NCBI GenBank assembly: GCA_025201805.1
Contig: MU619244.1
Coordinates: forward strand, 126,044-190,043
DNA length: 64,000 nucleotides
Origin: Parasitella parasitica NRRL 2501
Taxonomy: Eukaryota > Fungi > Mucoromycota
Direction of reading: 5' to 3'
Shown here: in pieces, positions 1 through 10,112 of the stretch
Layout of the letters: each line of letters opens with the position of its first letter
Numbering within the stretch: the stretch's first letter is position 1
Notes under the pieces: generated by a model
Databases searched by the model: none
Seen by the model: the letters and a program-made list of their open reading frames with translations, nothing else
Told to the model about the DNA's origin: nothing
Translations under genes and position numbers: made by a program

Positions 1-181
1 AAAAAAGCATTAGTTACACAATCTCGGATATTACAATTCCCCTTGATATTCAGCGTAAATATACATGAGGCTTATGGAATACAAGGGCGCTGATTGGATT
101 AAAAAAGTAGATAATTGTATGACACAGACATTGGCACCACAAAGTAAAAAGTTTTCTTGTACAAAAAACATTTAATCCAAA

Positions 182-2296
182 ATGGGAGTCCATGGGCTAT
201 CATATTTCATAAAGTCCTTACCAACAATTGTAGACCATGTAAAATGGAAGGTTGAGCCAAGCAAACGAAAAATTGATCAAGACCACTTCATTATTGACGG
301 TAACGCTTTTGTTTACCATATTGCGTTCGAGAACAGAGCAAATTGGACACACGGAGGCCAATACGCTGACATTGCTGATGCTGTCGTAAAAACAGTCGAC
401 GTCCTACATCGAGCCGGCATACGTCTAACGTTTTTGTTTGATGGTGCTCTACCACAAGATAAACTTGAAACAAGAGTCAAACGCCATAAGTCGTACATTG
501 AGAGATGCGCCTCGACATATTGGAATTTAAAGCAGATCAATACCAGCAATAAAAACGCAGATGAACAACAGAATGGAATACATTACCACGGTGATCTCTT
601 TCTTATACCCTCCTTAACTTTGGAAGTGATTATCCAAACGTTAAAAGAATTACATGTCAATGTTGAAATTTGCAACGCAGAAGCAGATGGCGAAGTTGTC
701 AATACTGCGATAAGAGAGATGGCATATGTGGTGTCTCAAGATTCGGATATGCATGTATACTCTCATGTAGGAAAAGGCTACATCCCTTTGGAATTGCTTC
801 AAGTCCCAATTTATCAAAATCAAAATCAAAATAACCAAGATAATGAATATGTGTCAGCAGGTGTCTATCACCCAGAAGCATTGGCCAAGGTCTTACATTT
901 AGAACCTTTCCAACTGCCACTATTTGGAACGTTGCTGGGTAATGATTATCTTGATGCAGATTTAGTGCGGTTCCCTATTAGCCATTGGTGTAATAGAGAA
1001 GGAATTCATATAACAAAGAACAATCAAAGTGGATGGCCAAAAATAGTAGCTGAATTTCTTAGAAGAAATTCTCAACTAGATGAAAGGGGAAAAGGGAAAA
1101 GCTGCATAATTCATAATATCGCGACTCAATTAGTGCCAATCATTGCAAGCAGCAGCATGAAATCGAGAGAAGAGAAAGCAAATGGTTTTCAAGATCGAAT
1201 CATCGATTCAATCAGTCGATACGATGTGTCGAGCCCACTCCTCAAAAGATCATCAAAAGAGTTTCAACATAATAATGAAAATACACCTGAAACTCGTATC
1301 GATACCATTAGTAAGCAGTTTCTTTATACGAAAAACCCGAGTCGACAAATTATGGATGTTATCACAAGCAGGGCTTTCTGGACAAGCATTTTTCTTGAAG
1401 ATATCGAAAGAGAATCCAGCTGGGATGTAAGCAGGTCTTTAAGACAGTGCCTTTATGGAGCAGTGTCAGAGCGGCTAGAAGATCAACAGGAGACGATTGT
1501 ACAAGAGTATATTCGAGAGAAGCAACATTTAGAAATTGTTCAAGTTAAAGGAGGAGTTATTCAAAACCAACGATCAACACCATTAATTGATTTCTATCGT
1601 ATCCATGTGAGTAACCAAGACCATTTAAAGGACCATGACCCAGCACTTCATCCATTAGTATTATCCATACGATACATGCTATATCACTGCTCACAGTCTA
1701 TTGAGAACGGCAGATTGTTCAACTTTGAAGTGGTTGCAATCATCATTTCAACATTGAGATCACTTGCTCCAACACTAGGCTATTCAATTGAAGAGGTCCC
1801 ACTTCCTAATATAGGGATACCTGCCCTGAAAAAAAGATCCATTCATCTTGCTGCTCAATACCAAGGCATAATACATTCATCTTTTCTTTTATCTCAGATT
1901 CTCGATATAGAAAACCATTTGCGAACACCCCAAGTTCTCTCGCGCATGTACAATGGTCTCTACTTTCATTATTATATTGAAATTGCACGTGGAGGCGCCA
2001 GCATCAGCAAGATGCTTCATAATGCAACACCCAAATTCAAGGCCCTCTTTTGTTCAATCTATAAATCAGTCATGACAGGCCTTCATGATGAAGTTCAAGA
2101 TGTATTTGATTATGATATCATAACCTCAGCAATGGAAGAATGGACAATATCAGAAAATAAGCCGAAAAGACTGATATCTATGGCTGCCAAACAGCCAGAT
2201 AAAAAGAAGAAGAAGAGATCACAAGAAATCACTAATAACGATAGGAGTACCAATACTTTCAATGTATTAAGCTTTGGATGCAATTTTGATGAATAA
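182..2296 (+). CDS. Asteroid/FAM120-like PIN (XPG/FEN1-fold) nuclease-domain protein, single exon
   Basis: 704-aa ORF with MGVHGL start and the XPG/FEN1-type acidic motifs IIDGNAF, FLFDG, EADG, SQDSD and LLGNDY. Confidence 0.85.
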   Translation: MGVHGLSYFIKSLPTIVDHVKWKVEPSKRKIDQDHFIIDGNAFVYHIAFENRANWTHGGQYADIADAVVKTVDVLHRAGIRLTFLFDGALPQDKLETRVKRHKSYIERCASTYWNLKQINTSNKNADEQQNGIHYHGDLFLIPSLTLEVIIQTLKELHVNVEICNAEADGEVVNTAIREMAYVVSQDSDMHVYSHVGKGYIPLELLQVPIYQNQNQNNQDNEYVSAGVYHPEALAKVLHLEPFQLPLFGTLLGNDYLDADLVRFPISHWCNREGIHITKNNQSGWPKIVAEFLRRNSQLDERGKGKSCIIHNIATQLVPIIASSSMKSREEKANGFQDRIIDSISRYDVSSPLLKRSSKEFQHNNENTPETRIDTISKQFLYTKNPSRQIMDVITSRAFWTSIFLEDIERESSWDVSRSLRQCLYGAVSERLEDQQETIVQEYIREKQHLEIVQVKGGVIQNQRSTPLIDFYRIHVSNQDHLKDHDPALHPLVLSIRYMLYHCSQSIENGRLFNFEVVAIIISTLRSLAPTLGYSIEEVPLPNIGIPALKKRSIHLAAQYQGIIHSSFLLSQILDIENHLRTPQVLSRMYNGLYFHYYIEIARGGASISKMLHNATPKFKALFCSIYKSVMTGLHDEVQDVFDYDIITSAMEEWTISENKPKRLISMAAKQPDKKKKKRSQEITNNDRSTNTFNVLSFGCNFDE

Positions 2297-2310
2297 ATTG
2301 ATGTTCAATC

Positions 2311-2339
2311 CTCCTCCTCCCCCCCCCCCCCCCCCCTCC
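2311..2339. repeat. Poly-C / (CCT)n tract just 3' of the PIN gene
   Basis: Directly visible: ctcctcct followed by a long C run. Confidence 0.9.
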
Positions 2340-3176
2340 GACTTCGTATTCATCGTATTTTTATACGATATAGAACAAAATAGATCAATGATGTCTCGAT
2401 TTGTAAATGTTCGTTGTATTTGTAAAAAGGGGCTTCTTTGGGGGGGAGAGGGTGTTCTATATATTCGGATTTCTTGACCTTGAGGGTTTGTTATGGCGAT
2501 AATGATGGCGAGGGAAAATAAATTGGTGGGAGGGGGGGAGGAATTTGTACTGCATAATGATACACAATCGCTTGATAAATACACTTTTATTCGATACAGA
2601 GATGTCAATAGCAATAATATTTGCATTTGTCAGTTTATTTGGGGGGAGCACGGAGGTTGGGGGGATGAAGAGGGTTTCCATGATTCCGATGCGAAAGTTA
2701 CAAAAGTAATTAGTGTTACGTGTATTTTTATAACTGATATTTCACTTTTTTATATATTCTGTTATTATGACAACTGAAGCTCAGTTATCAACATGAAAAC
2801 ACATTTATAAATTGACCTAAAAACATGGTTTTAATTATGTAAAGTGCTATTTACCCAAAATTTGGCTCATTTTCATATCAGGAAAAAAAACAAGACCCAC
2901 CAACGCCCCCAAAGTACCCCCAATTCGCTTTGCATTTTACCCAAATCAGGTATTCAAAGATTTGGGATCATCCAAAAATCGAACAATTTGGTGGAGATCG
3001 GATATTAAGCTGTGAGCTTTGATCACTAGCGTTATGTGGTTTGACCCTTTTAAAAATGATATAAATAGGGAAGCTTGATGCTAGCTCGATTTTTTTTTTT
3101 TCAAGATATTCTTCATTTCTTTATATACATACCCAACTATATTTTTATCCATTACTTTCTTTACACATATAATATT

Positions 3177-4559
3177 ATGACTGATAGATTCAATTTAACA
3201 CAATCACTCACATGTGCAGCTTGTGGAGATATTTTAACTGAACCAATTTCACTCTCTTGTGGTTATACAGTATGCGCACATTGCTTCCCTGTCAGCAGCC
3301 CAACTTCAGTAAAAAAATCAGTATTCAAATGTCCAGTACCTCACTGTGATTCAGCAACACATTTATTCGGCCCTGAATTACTACCGGATGTCGCAGCCAC
3401 AGAACTCACAAACATTCTTCGCCATGTCATGTCGAATTCTGCTTACCCACCATCGCCATCCGATGAATTGGATCCCGCATCTAAAATGGACATGGTTGCA
3501 GCTGCTGTTATCCCATTATTAAACTGTCATCGATGCTCTAGTCCAGTCACTGATGCCATCACAACACCTTGTGGACATACTTACTGTAGACTTTGTATAT
3601 TACAATCAAAAATTGAATCAGATAGCTGCAATTCTTGTTCCCGCCCTCTTCCAAAATTCAGCAGTTTACTCTCACAAGCACCAAATCAATTAATATCCAC
3701 CATCGTTAAAGACTTTCAATTATCTGGCCTTTTACCATGCAACACTCGTGAAACTCAATTATTAGATTCTACAAGTCTTGAACAGTACAATGTCCCATTA
3801 TTTGTCACCGGAAGCGTTATTATGCCAGGCCAAAGCTTCAGACTACCCATCTTCCAGCCCAATCATTTACGCATGTTCCGTCAAGGTATCATTCCTTCCA
3901 GCAGATACAACGGCCTTTGTTTAGCAGCAATCCATCGCAGCAGACCTGAAGTTGCTCAATTTGGCACCCTTCTTCAAATCATCAACGTTGAACATCGCAG
4001 CGATTCTATCCATATTGAAGTGGTTGGTGTCGATCGTTTCAAGCTTGAGACTCACACTGAACACGATGAAGCAACCATCCTTGGAACGTTTGGAATTTTG
4101 CACGAAGCCGTTATTCGTCAACTCAGTATCGAAGTTCCCAACGCACCTGCTGCTGATGATCAACAAGCTCTTGTTGCTCATAAGGAGCATATCTCAAACT
4201 ATGCTGTCGATTTAGCCGACACGATTTTGCAGTTCATTGACCATCTCGGAAAAGCTTCCAGTATGCCTGCTAATGCTCTTCACTCCCAAACAAATGGCCT
4301 TTTGGGCCCACTTTGGTACGAAAGCATCAAGTCACTTCATGGACCTATTCCCTCAAAATACAACCCCATGGCCGTATGCTGGTGGGCTGCTGTTGTATTG
4401 CCAGTAACACCTACAGAAGTCTATGGTCTTTTGAGAACTATTCCTATCATTGATCGCCTTGAACTCATTTTATCTTGGATGCAAGCCTTTCAATCCCGAT
4501 GGGAAAGATGTCGCAACACTGCTCTCCAAGCCTTCAACCAAATCCCTCAGCAACTTTAA
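3177..4559 (+). CDS. RING finger + LON substrate-binding domain protein (CrgA / LONRF family E3 ligase)
   Basis: First true ATG at 3177 (MTDRF). Degenerate RING CAAC..SCGYTVCAHC, second RING CHRC..PCGHTYCRLC..CNSC, then LON-N domain VPLFV..MPGQSFRLPIF..FGTLLQI..VEVVGVDRFKL. No C-terminal CaaX. Confidence 0.85.
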   Translation: MTDRFNLTQSLTCAACGDILTEPISLSCGYTVCAHCFPVSSPTSVKKSVFKCPVPHCDSATHLFGPELLPDVAATELTNILRHVMSNSAYPPSPSDELDPASKMDMVAAAVIPLLNCHRCSSPVTDAITTPCGHTYCRLCILQSKIESDSCNSCSRPLPKFSSLLSQAPNQLISTIVKDFQLSGLLPCNTRETQLLDSTSLEQYNVPLFVTGSVIMPGQSFRLPIFQPNHLRMFRQGIIPSSRYNGLCLAAIHRSRPEVAQFGTLLQIINVEHRSDSIHIEVVGVDRFKLETHTEHDEATILGTFGILHEAVIRQLSIEVPNAPAADDQQALVAHKEHISNYAVDLADTILQFIDHLGKASSMPANALHSQTNGLLGPLWYESIKSLHGPIPSKYNPMAVCWWAAVVLPVTPTEVYGLLRTIPIIDRLELILSWMQAFQSRWERCRNTALQAFNQIPQQL

Positions 4560-4884
4560 ATTATTATTTTTTTTGATACATATATACCACCTTCATTTGT
4601 AATACTACACCAACCATGTCACACTATGTAAATATGATCCCCATGCCATGTTAATAAGATTACCTATATATCTATGTACCAAAAATAAAATTACCCTTAT
4701 GCAATCATGTAACATTTAACACAAAAAATTGAATGCCAGTACTTTTTTTTTCCTGTTTGTCTGGTTACCTGGAAATCGAGCGATTGTACGGAGTCTCTTC
4801 GATACCTAATACTTTTTATATGTGGATTTCTAAAACTAGCGTCTAAACTTATCAAAGGCAGGAGTGTGAATAAATGTCTCCTAT

Positions 4885-6630
4885 TCATGTTTTATTATTA
4901 TAATACTCGTTATATCTCTGCAGTGAAATAGCTTTTGAGCCGATATTTCTTAAAACACTGGCGTCAATTACTTTTATCGTAGACTCCATGATGTCCGTAG
5001 GTTCACCCAAGATTATGCTTGCCAAATGTACGAGTATAGCATATTTCTTTGGCGCGAAACTGGATTTCCGAGTATAGTAAAATTCGCCTTGCTTTATCAA
5101 AGGTTTCTCGTCATCCTCATTCCTGGGAGATTGGACAACTAGATCAGTCGTATCCAGGAAAATGTCTGCTTGCACAGTATTTTTTGGTTCATCAATATGA
5201 ATTGGCTCTCGGTTCAAGACGTTCAATAGCATATCTAGTCAAATTGTTTAATTTCAGCTCGCATTGATGTCGTTCAATAACATACTGTGTTTATCCCGCT
5301 GGTGGGCTGTTAAATTTGTTGCAATTGAGGTATCTCGCAGGTGCTGAACCAAACTCTTTAGGCTTTTTCGATCATCCTCCAATGATTTCCATCGAGAAAG
5401 ATTATTGGAGATTTGACTGAAATACGTTTCTTTTGTTGTAAAGGTATCGAACTGACTAACAAAGGAGGTATCACTGGTTTTCAGACATGTTAGCCATGAT
5501 AGAACATAGTGTAACAAATATATCAAACTCACGATCCATCCACGCCATAAATTAGCTTGATGGTAGCGACCACACAGGCAGCTAAAACTGTCATCACGTT
5601 GGGCTTTTGGGAAGTCTGTCTTGGAGATATATCAATAAAGCGGGATTGCCTTTGGAATTCAAATATGTAATTTGCATAGTAACGCCCTTCCACTGTTCCG
5701 CAGCCATGTTAGCTCATTCACACAGAGTCAAGATGCATAACACATACCAGGAAGAAAGAATTGGCAGCAGAGCCGATCAAGGTATAAAGGAATGTTCAAG
5801 TCTGGAAATACGACATTGCAATTTCTGGCGAATCCATCAAAAAACTCTGGGATTTTTCTTTGTAAATAAGCTATTGATGGCGTTGTACCCATTGGATTTG
5901 TTACCCTCAGTCCAAACGAGGCAAGGATATCTACAGGGATCTTTCGCTGCATGTTTAAATAGGGTATTTGCCCTGTGGCGCTCCATCTGATCAAATCATT
6001 TGGTAAAACAGGATAATTAAGGTAAACACATCCAAGGTAGATAAACGTCAATGTATGTTGAAACGACAAAGTAGGCCATCGTACTCTATATGCTCTCGCC
6101 CTTTGCGTTGCTTCACCAGATTGCCGTCCTTCGCTACCATCGTCGCTTTCGTCAGACGTCAAATTGTCTTCCAAATTTTCAAAATCCATTTCTTCCTTTT
6201 CCAAGTTCTGTAAATTTTCCAGTGTTTGTCTAGGTTGTTGTTCTTGGATCTCTTTTTCATTTGCTTCATATATATACGCATCCGCAATTTCTTGCTTTGA
6301 ATCTGCTAAATACAAAAGCCATAATTCTCGCACAACAGGTTCGATTTCTGCCGGGAAATCAAGCTGTTGGACCATGCATCTTGTCAATACTTGCAGAGTG
6401 TATTGAAATATCAATAGGAAATTGCTTTTTTGCTTGTGTGGGGTAGATGTTTGTGCGTCGTTAACCAGCGTCTTGATTCTCTTTCTTTGTCGACCGGTTG
6501 AACCAGCGAAATCATCTTCTTGTTGTTCAATTTGCACACCAAGAAGCTTATGGCCATACTTGCAGACTATGCCACCATCGTCTGATTTTTTAAACTTGCG
6601 CGTTTTGCAAGTGGGACAGATACGCTTCAT
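4885..6630 (-). CDS. RRN7: RNA polymerase I core factor subunit Rrn7/TAF1B, about 4 exons
   Basis: N-terminal Zn ribbon CPTC...DDGGIVCKYGH, VRELWLLYL, YLGCVYLNYPVLPNDLIRW..GQIPY. GT-AG introns near 5747-5693, ~5532-5474 and ~5285-5236. The last exon ends at the 4885 stop. Confidence 0.8.
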
Positions 6631-6720
6631 ATTTGATTTGATTTGATTTGATTTTTGTTGTTTTTGCTTTTGTTTTTTTGTTGTTTTTGCTTTTGTTTTT
6701 TTGTTTATGTTTTTTTTTAT
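6631..6720. repeat. (ATTTG)4 plus a duplicated ~23-bp T-rich unit filling the TFB5-RRN7 spacer
   Basis: atttgatttgatttgatttg, then tttttgttgtttttgcttttgtt twice. Confidence 0.85.
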
Positions 6721-6755
6721 GGTGTATTAATTTTAAAAGATTGCTTTCAAGGGAT

Positions 6756-6983
6756 TTAGATTCTCTTATTATCCTTATCGTCAGTTGTGGATACAGTGTA
6801 AGAGTTTTCGTCAAGAATTTTGTCCAATTCGTATTTCAACTGCTCAACCCAAGAAGCTTCAATAAATAAATGTGTATCGTCCAAATCTTCAATAACGAAA
6901 TTTCCTCTTTTATTCAAGTTCAGTACAATCTGTTTTACGGTGCTATCACACTCTAATAAAACACCTTTAACTGCTTTTACCAT
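6756..6983 (-). CDS. TFB5: TFIIH subunit Tfb5/TTDA
   Basis: MVKAVKGVLLECDSTVKQIVLNL...FVIEDLDDTHLFI is the Tfb5 signature; ATG at 6983. Confidence 0.93.
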   Translation of the reverse strand: MVKAVKGVLLECDSTVKQIVLNLNKRGNFVIEDLDDTHLFIEASWVEQLKYELDKILDENSYTVSTTDDKDNKRI

Positions 6984-7166
6984 AGAGATACAAAGAAAGA
7001 ACAGGAAAAGGAAACAATACAACAATTTATACATGCCCATCCCTTTTCACATCTTCTCGTGCGGTCACGAACATGTCAAGCCACGAAAGTTTTTTTTTGA
7101 CATGAAGAAGCATTAAAAAAAAAAGAAAAAGAAAAAGAGTAAATCGACTTCCTCTTCTTCAATATT

Positions 7167-9045
7167 ATGTCTAGTAAAGTACCAACAGCATCCTCTAGTA
7201 ATCACGAAATTTACGTCTAACTTTTCGAATAGAAATTAAATCCCTTGCTAACCTCATTGCAAATCTCGAATCAACTGCCCCCAAGGGTGAGTCTATTGCC
7301 TGCTGCTCAATACATGAGCATCATATTAACATGCCTCGGTTTAGACTACGATCCTGAAGATATCCTCGAACCATTGAACGACAACAATGAACGCAGTGAT
7401 CAAGAAAGCGATAATGAGGAATCCGGAGCCCGTGAACATTATTTATCAGTCGGCAAAAGTAAGCTTCGTAGCGAGCAGCCTTTGTTGGAAGATCCTCGCT
7501 ATGCTGGTAAACGCAGCAATCGCAAAGATATTTATTCAGATGAAGAAGTAGAGGATGAAGAGGAGGAGGAGGAAGAAGATTTCAAAGAATATTCTGCCAG
7601 TGAAGATGACGATGAACAAGGCATTTCGGATAGTGATGGCGTTGATGACGACGAGGATTTGCTTGCTAATGCAAATTCTGATGAGGAAGATGATGATTCT
7701 GGGGACAGCGACGATGAAGACGAGAAAGAGGGATCTGTATCAGATGCCGAACCTACTCAGAATGCCGAGAATGATGATGAGATTAACACTGAACTACGTA
7801 GAATACAGGAGGAAGAAAAGTATGTTACTTGGGACAAGTGATTAGGGAACGCACGATACTCAAAAATATTTTACAGGCAAATGATTTCTCAACTGTCAAA
7901 GAGTGCACTAGCAGATGTCGAGAAAGGTCAGCATGTTAGACAGCAGTTGGTAAGCCAAGGATACGTTTGAGCTGTGATGCGTTGCTAATTTGGCGCACAA
8001 TCCGCGTAGACAATGTGGGATAACTGCTTGGAAAATCGCATTCGAATGCAAAAAGTGGTCGACGAAACCAACAAACTTCCTCAAATAGACAATTTCTATT
8101 CCTTTCGAGCTGAATCAGGAGGTGCTATCGACAAAGATTTGGAAAATGCAAAGAAGGATTTGCGTGAAGTTATCGACGATTTGATGGACATTCGTGCCAA
8201 TTTATTTAGACAAAACGGCTCCATTGATCTTGAGCAAGTTGAATTCAACACCAGAAAGAGACATCTCGGCAGCGATCAAGATGAACAGTATATTGATGCT
8301 CTCTGGCATGACATTTCACAAATCAACGATGTGTAAGTTTGACGTAGATGCGAACCAAAATATTTGATACTGAAAAAAAAAATCGCACAGATTTGTACCT
8401 TTCCGTAACAGCACATTAGAAAAGTGGAGCAACAAAGTACAGGTGGCAGCAGGTGCTCGTTTAAATAAAAAATTCAAGGCCTTTGACCAAAATATTCTAT
8501 CTCAAATTGAAAGCACACTGTCTGATAAATCCGGGTTAATCAAGAGAACACAACTCCAAAGATCAGATTACAACATACTTGGTAAAACGAACGTAAAAGT
8601 CGATAAAGAACAAGAAGAGATTGAAGCAGGAAAGAAACCTGATCGTCATTTGAATACCTACGATGTTGAAATTTTTGATGATCAAGATTTCTATCAACAA
8701 CAGTTGCGTGAACTGATTGAATCTCGTATGGTGGATACCGATGACCCATTGGCTATTGGTATGAGATGGGCAGCTCGTAAGCAAACTGAGCAAAAGAAAA
8801 AAAAGAAAACGATTGACAGAAAAGCAAGTAAAGGCCGCCAACTTAGGTAAGCCAAACATCTACTGATTTGCGTTGCGGTAATCAATTCTTACATTATTCA
8901 TAATATTTATAGATTTAATATCCATGAAAAACTTCAAAACTTTATGGTACCTATACCTGTTGGTGATTGGCATGAATCTATGGTCGAAGAGCTGTATACT
9001 TCTTTGTTGGGCCAAAGATTAGGAGGAGAAAGTTTGGCGGAATAA
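7167..9045 (+). CDS. BFR2: Bfr2/AATF (TRAUB) ribosome biogenesis protein, multi-exon
   Basis: REHYLSVGKSKLR, acidic tract, KGQHVRQQL-WDNCLENRIRMQK, IFDDQDFYQQQLRELIE, IDRKASKGRQLR-FNIHEKLQNFM; GT-AG introns; stop TAA at 9043-9045. Confidence 0.9.
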
Positions 9046-9076
9046 AGTAAATAATGAATCAATCAACTATAGAATA

Positions 9077-10070
9077 NNNNNNNNNNNNNNNNNNNNNNNN
9101 NNNNNNNNNNNNNNNNNNNNNNNNNNNNNNNNNNNNNNNNNNNNNNNNNNNNNNNNNNNNNNNNNNNNNNNNNNNNNNNNNNNNNNNNNNNNNNNNNNNN
9201 NNNNNNNNNNNNNNNNNNNNNNNNNNNNNNNNNNNNNNNNNNNNNNNNNNNNNNNNNNNNNNNNNNNNNNNNNNNNNNNNNNNNNNNNNNNNNNNNNNNN
9301 NNNNNNNNNNNNNNNNNNNNNNNNNNNNNNNNNNNNNNNNNNNNNNNNNNNNNNNNNNNNNNNNNNNNNNNNNNNNNNNNNNNNNNNNNNNNNNNNNNNN
9401 NNNNNNNNNNNNNNNNNNNNNNNNNNNNNNNNNNNNNNNNNNNNNNNNNNNNNNNNNNNNNNNNNNNNNNNNNNNNNNNNNNNNNNNNNNNNNNNNNNNN
9501 NNNNNNNNNNNNNNNNNNNNNNNNNNNNNNNNNNNNNNNNNNNNNNNNNNNNNNNNNNNNNNNNNNNNNNNNNNNNNNNNNNNNNNNNNNNNNNNNNNNN
9601 NNNNNNNNNNNNNNNNNNNNNNNNNNNNNNNNNNNNNNNNNNNNNNNNNNNNNNNNNNNNNNNNNNNNNNNNNNNNNNNNNNNNNNNNNNNNNNNNNNNN
9701 NNNNNNNNNNNNNNNNNNNNNNNNNNNNNNNNNNNNNNNNNNNNNNNNNNNNNNNNNNNNNNNNNNNNNNNNNNNNNNNNNNNNNNNNNNNNNNNNNNNN
9801 NNNNNNNNNNNNNNNNNNNNNNNNNNNNNNNNNNNNNNNNNNNNNNNNNNNNNNNNNNNNNNNNNNNNNNNNNNNNNNNNNNNNNNNNNNNNNNNNNNNN
9901 NNNNNNNNNNNNNNNNNNNNNNNNNNNNNNNNNNNNNNNNNNNNNNNNNNNNNNNNNNNNNNNNNNNNNNNNNNNNNNNNNNNNNNNNNNNNNNNNNNNN
10001 NNNNNNNNNNNNNNNNNNNNNNNNNNNNNNNNNNNNNNNNNNNNNNNNNNNNNNNNNNNNNNNNNNNNNN
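9077..10070. other. Assembly gap (N run), bordered by a 30-nt A run
   Basis: Ns in sequence. Confidence 1.
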
Positions 10071-10071
10071 N

Positions 10072-10103
<32 letters not shown>

Positions 10104-10112
10104 CTAACAAAC

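Noticed and set aside
2267-2777. Small ORFs with poly-Pro/poly-Gly, and possible pairing of the C tract with downstream G tracts
   Set aside because: Products of homopolymer tracts; complementarity is low-complexity only
3075-3176. N-terminal extension of the RING-LON ORF
   Set aside because: Starts at TTG in T-rich leader sequence; the first real ATG is at 3177
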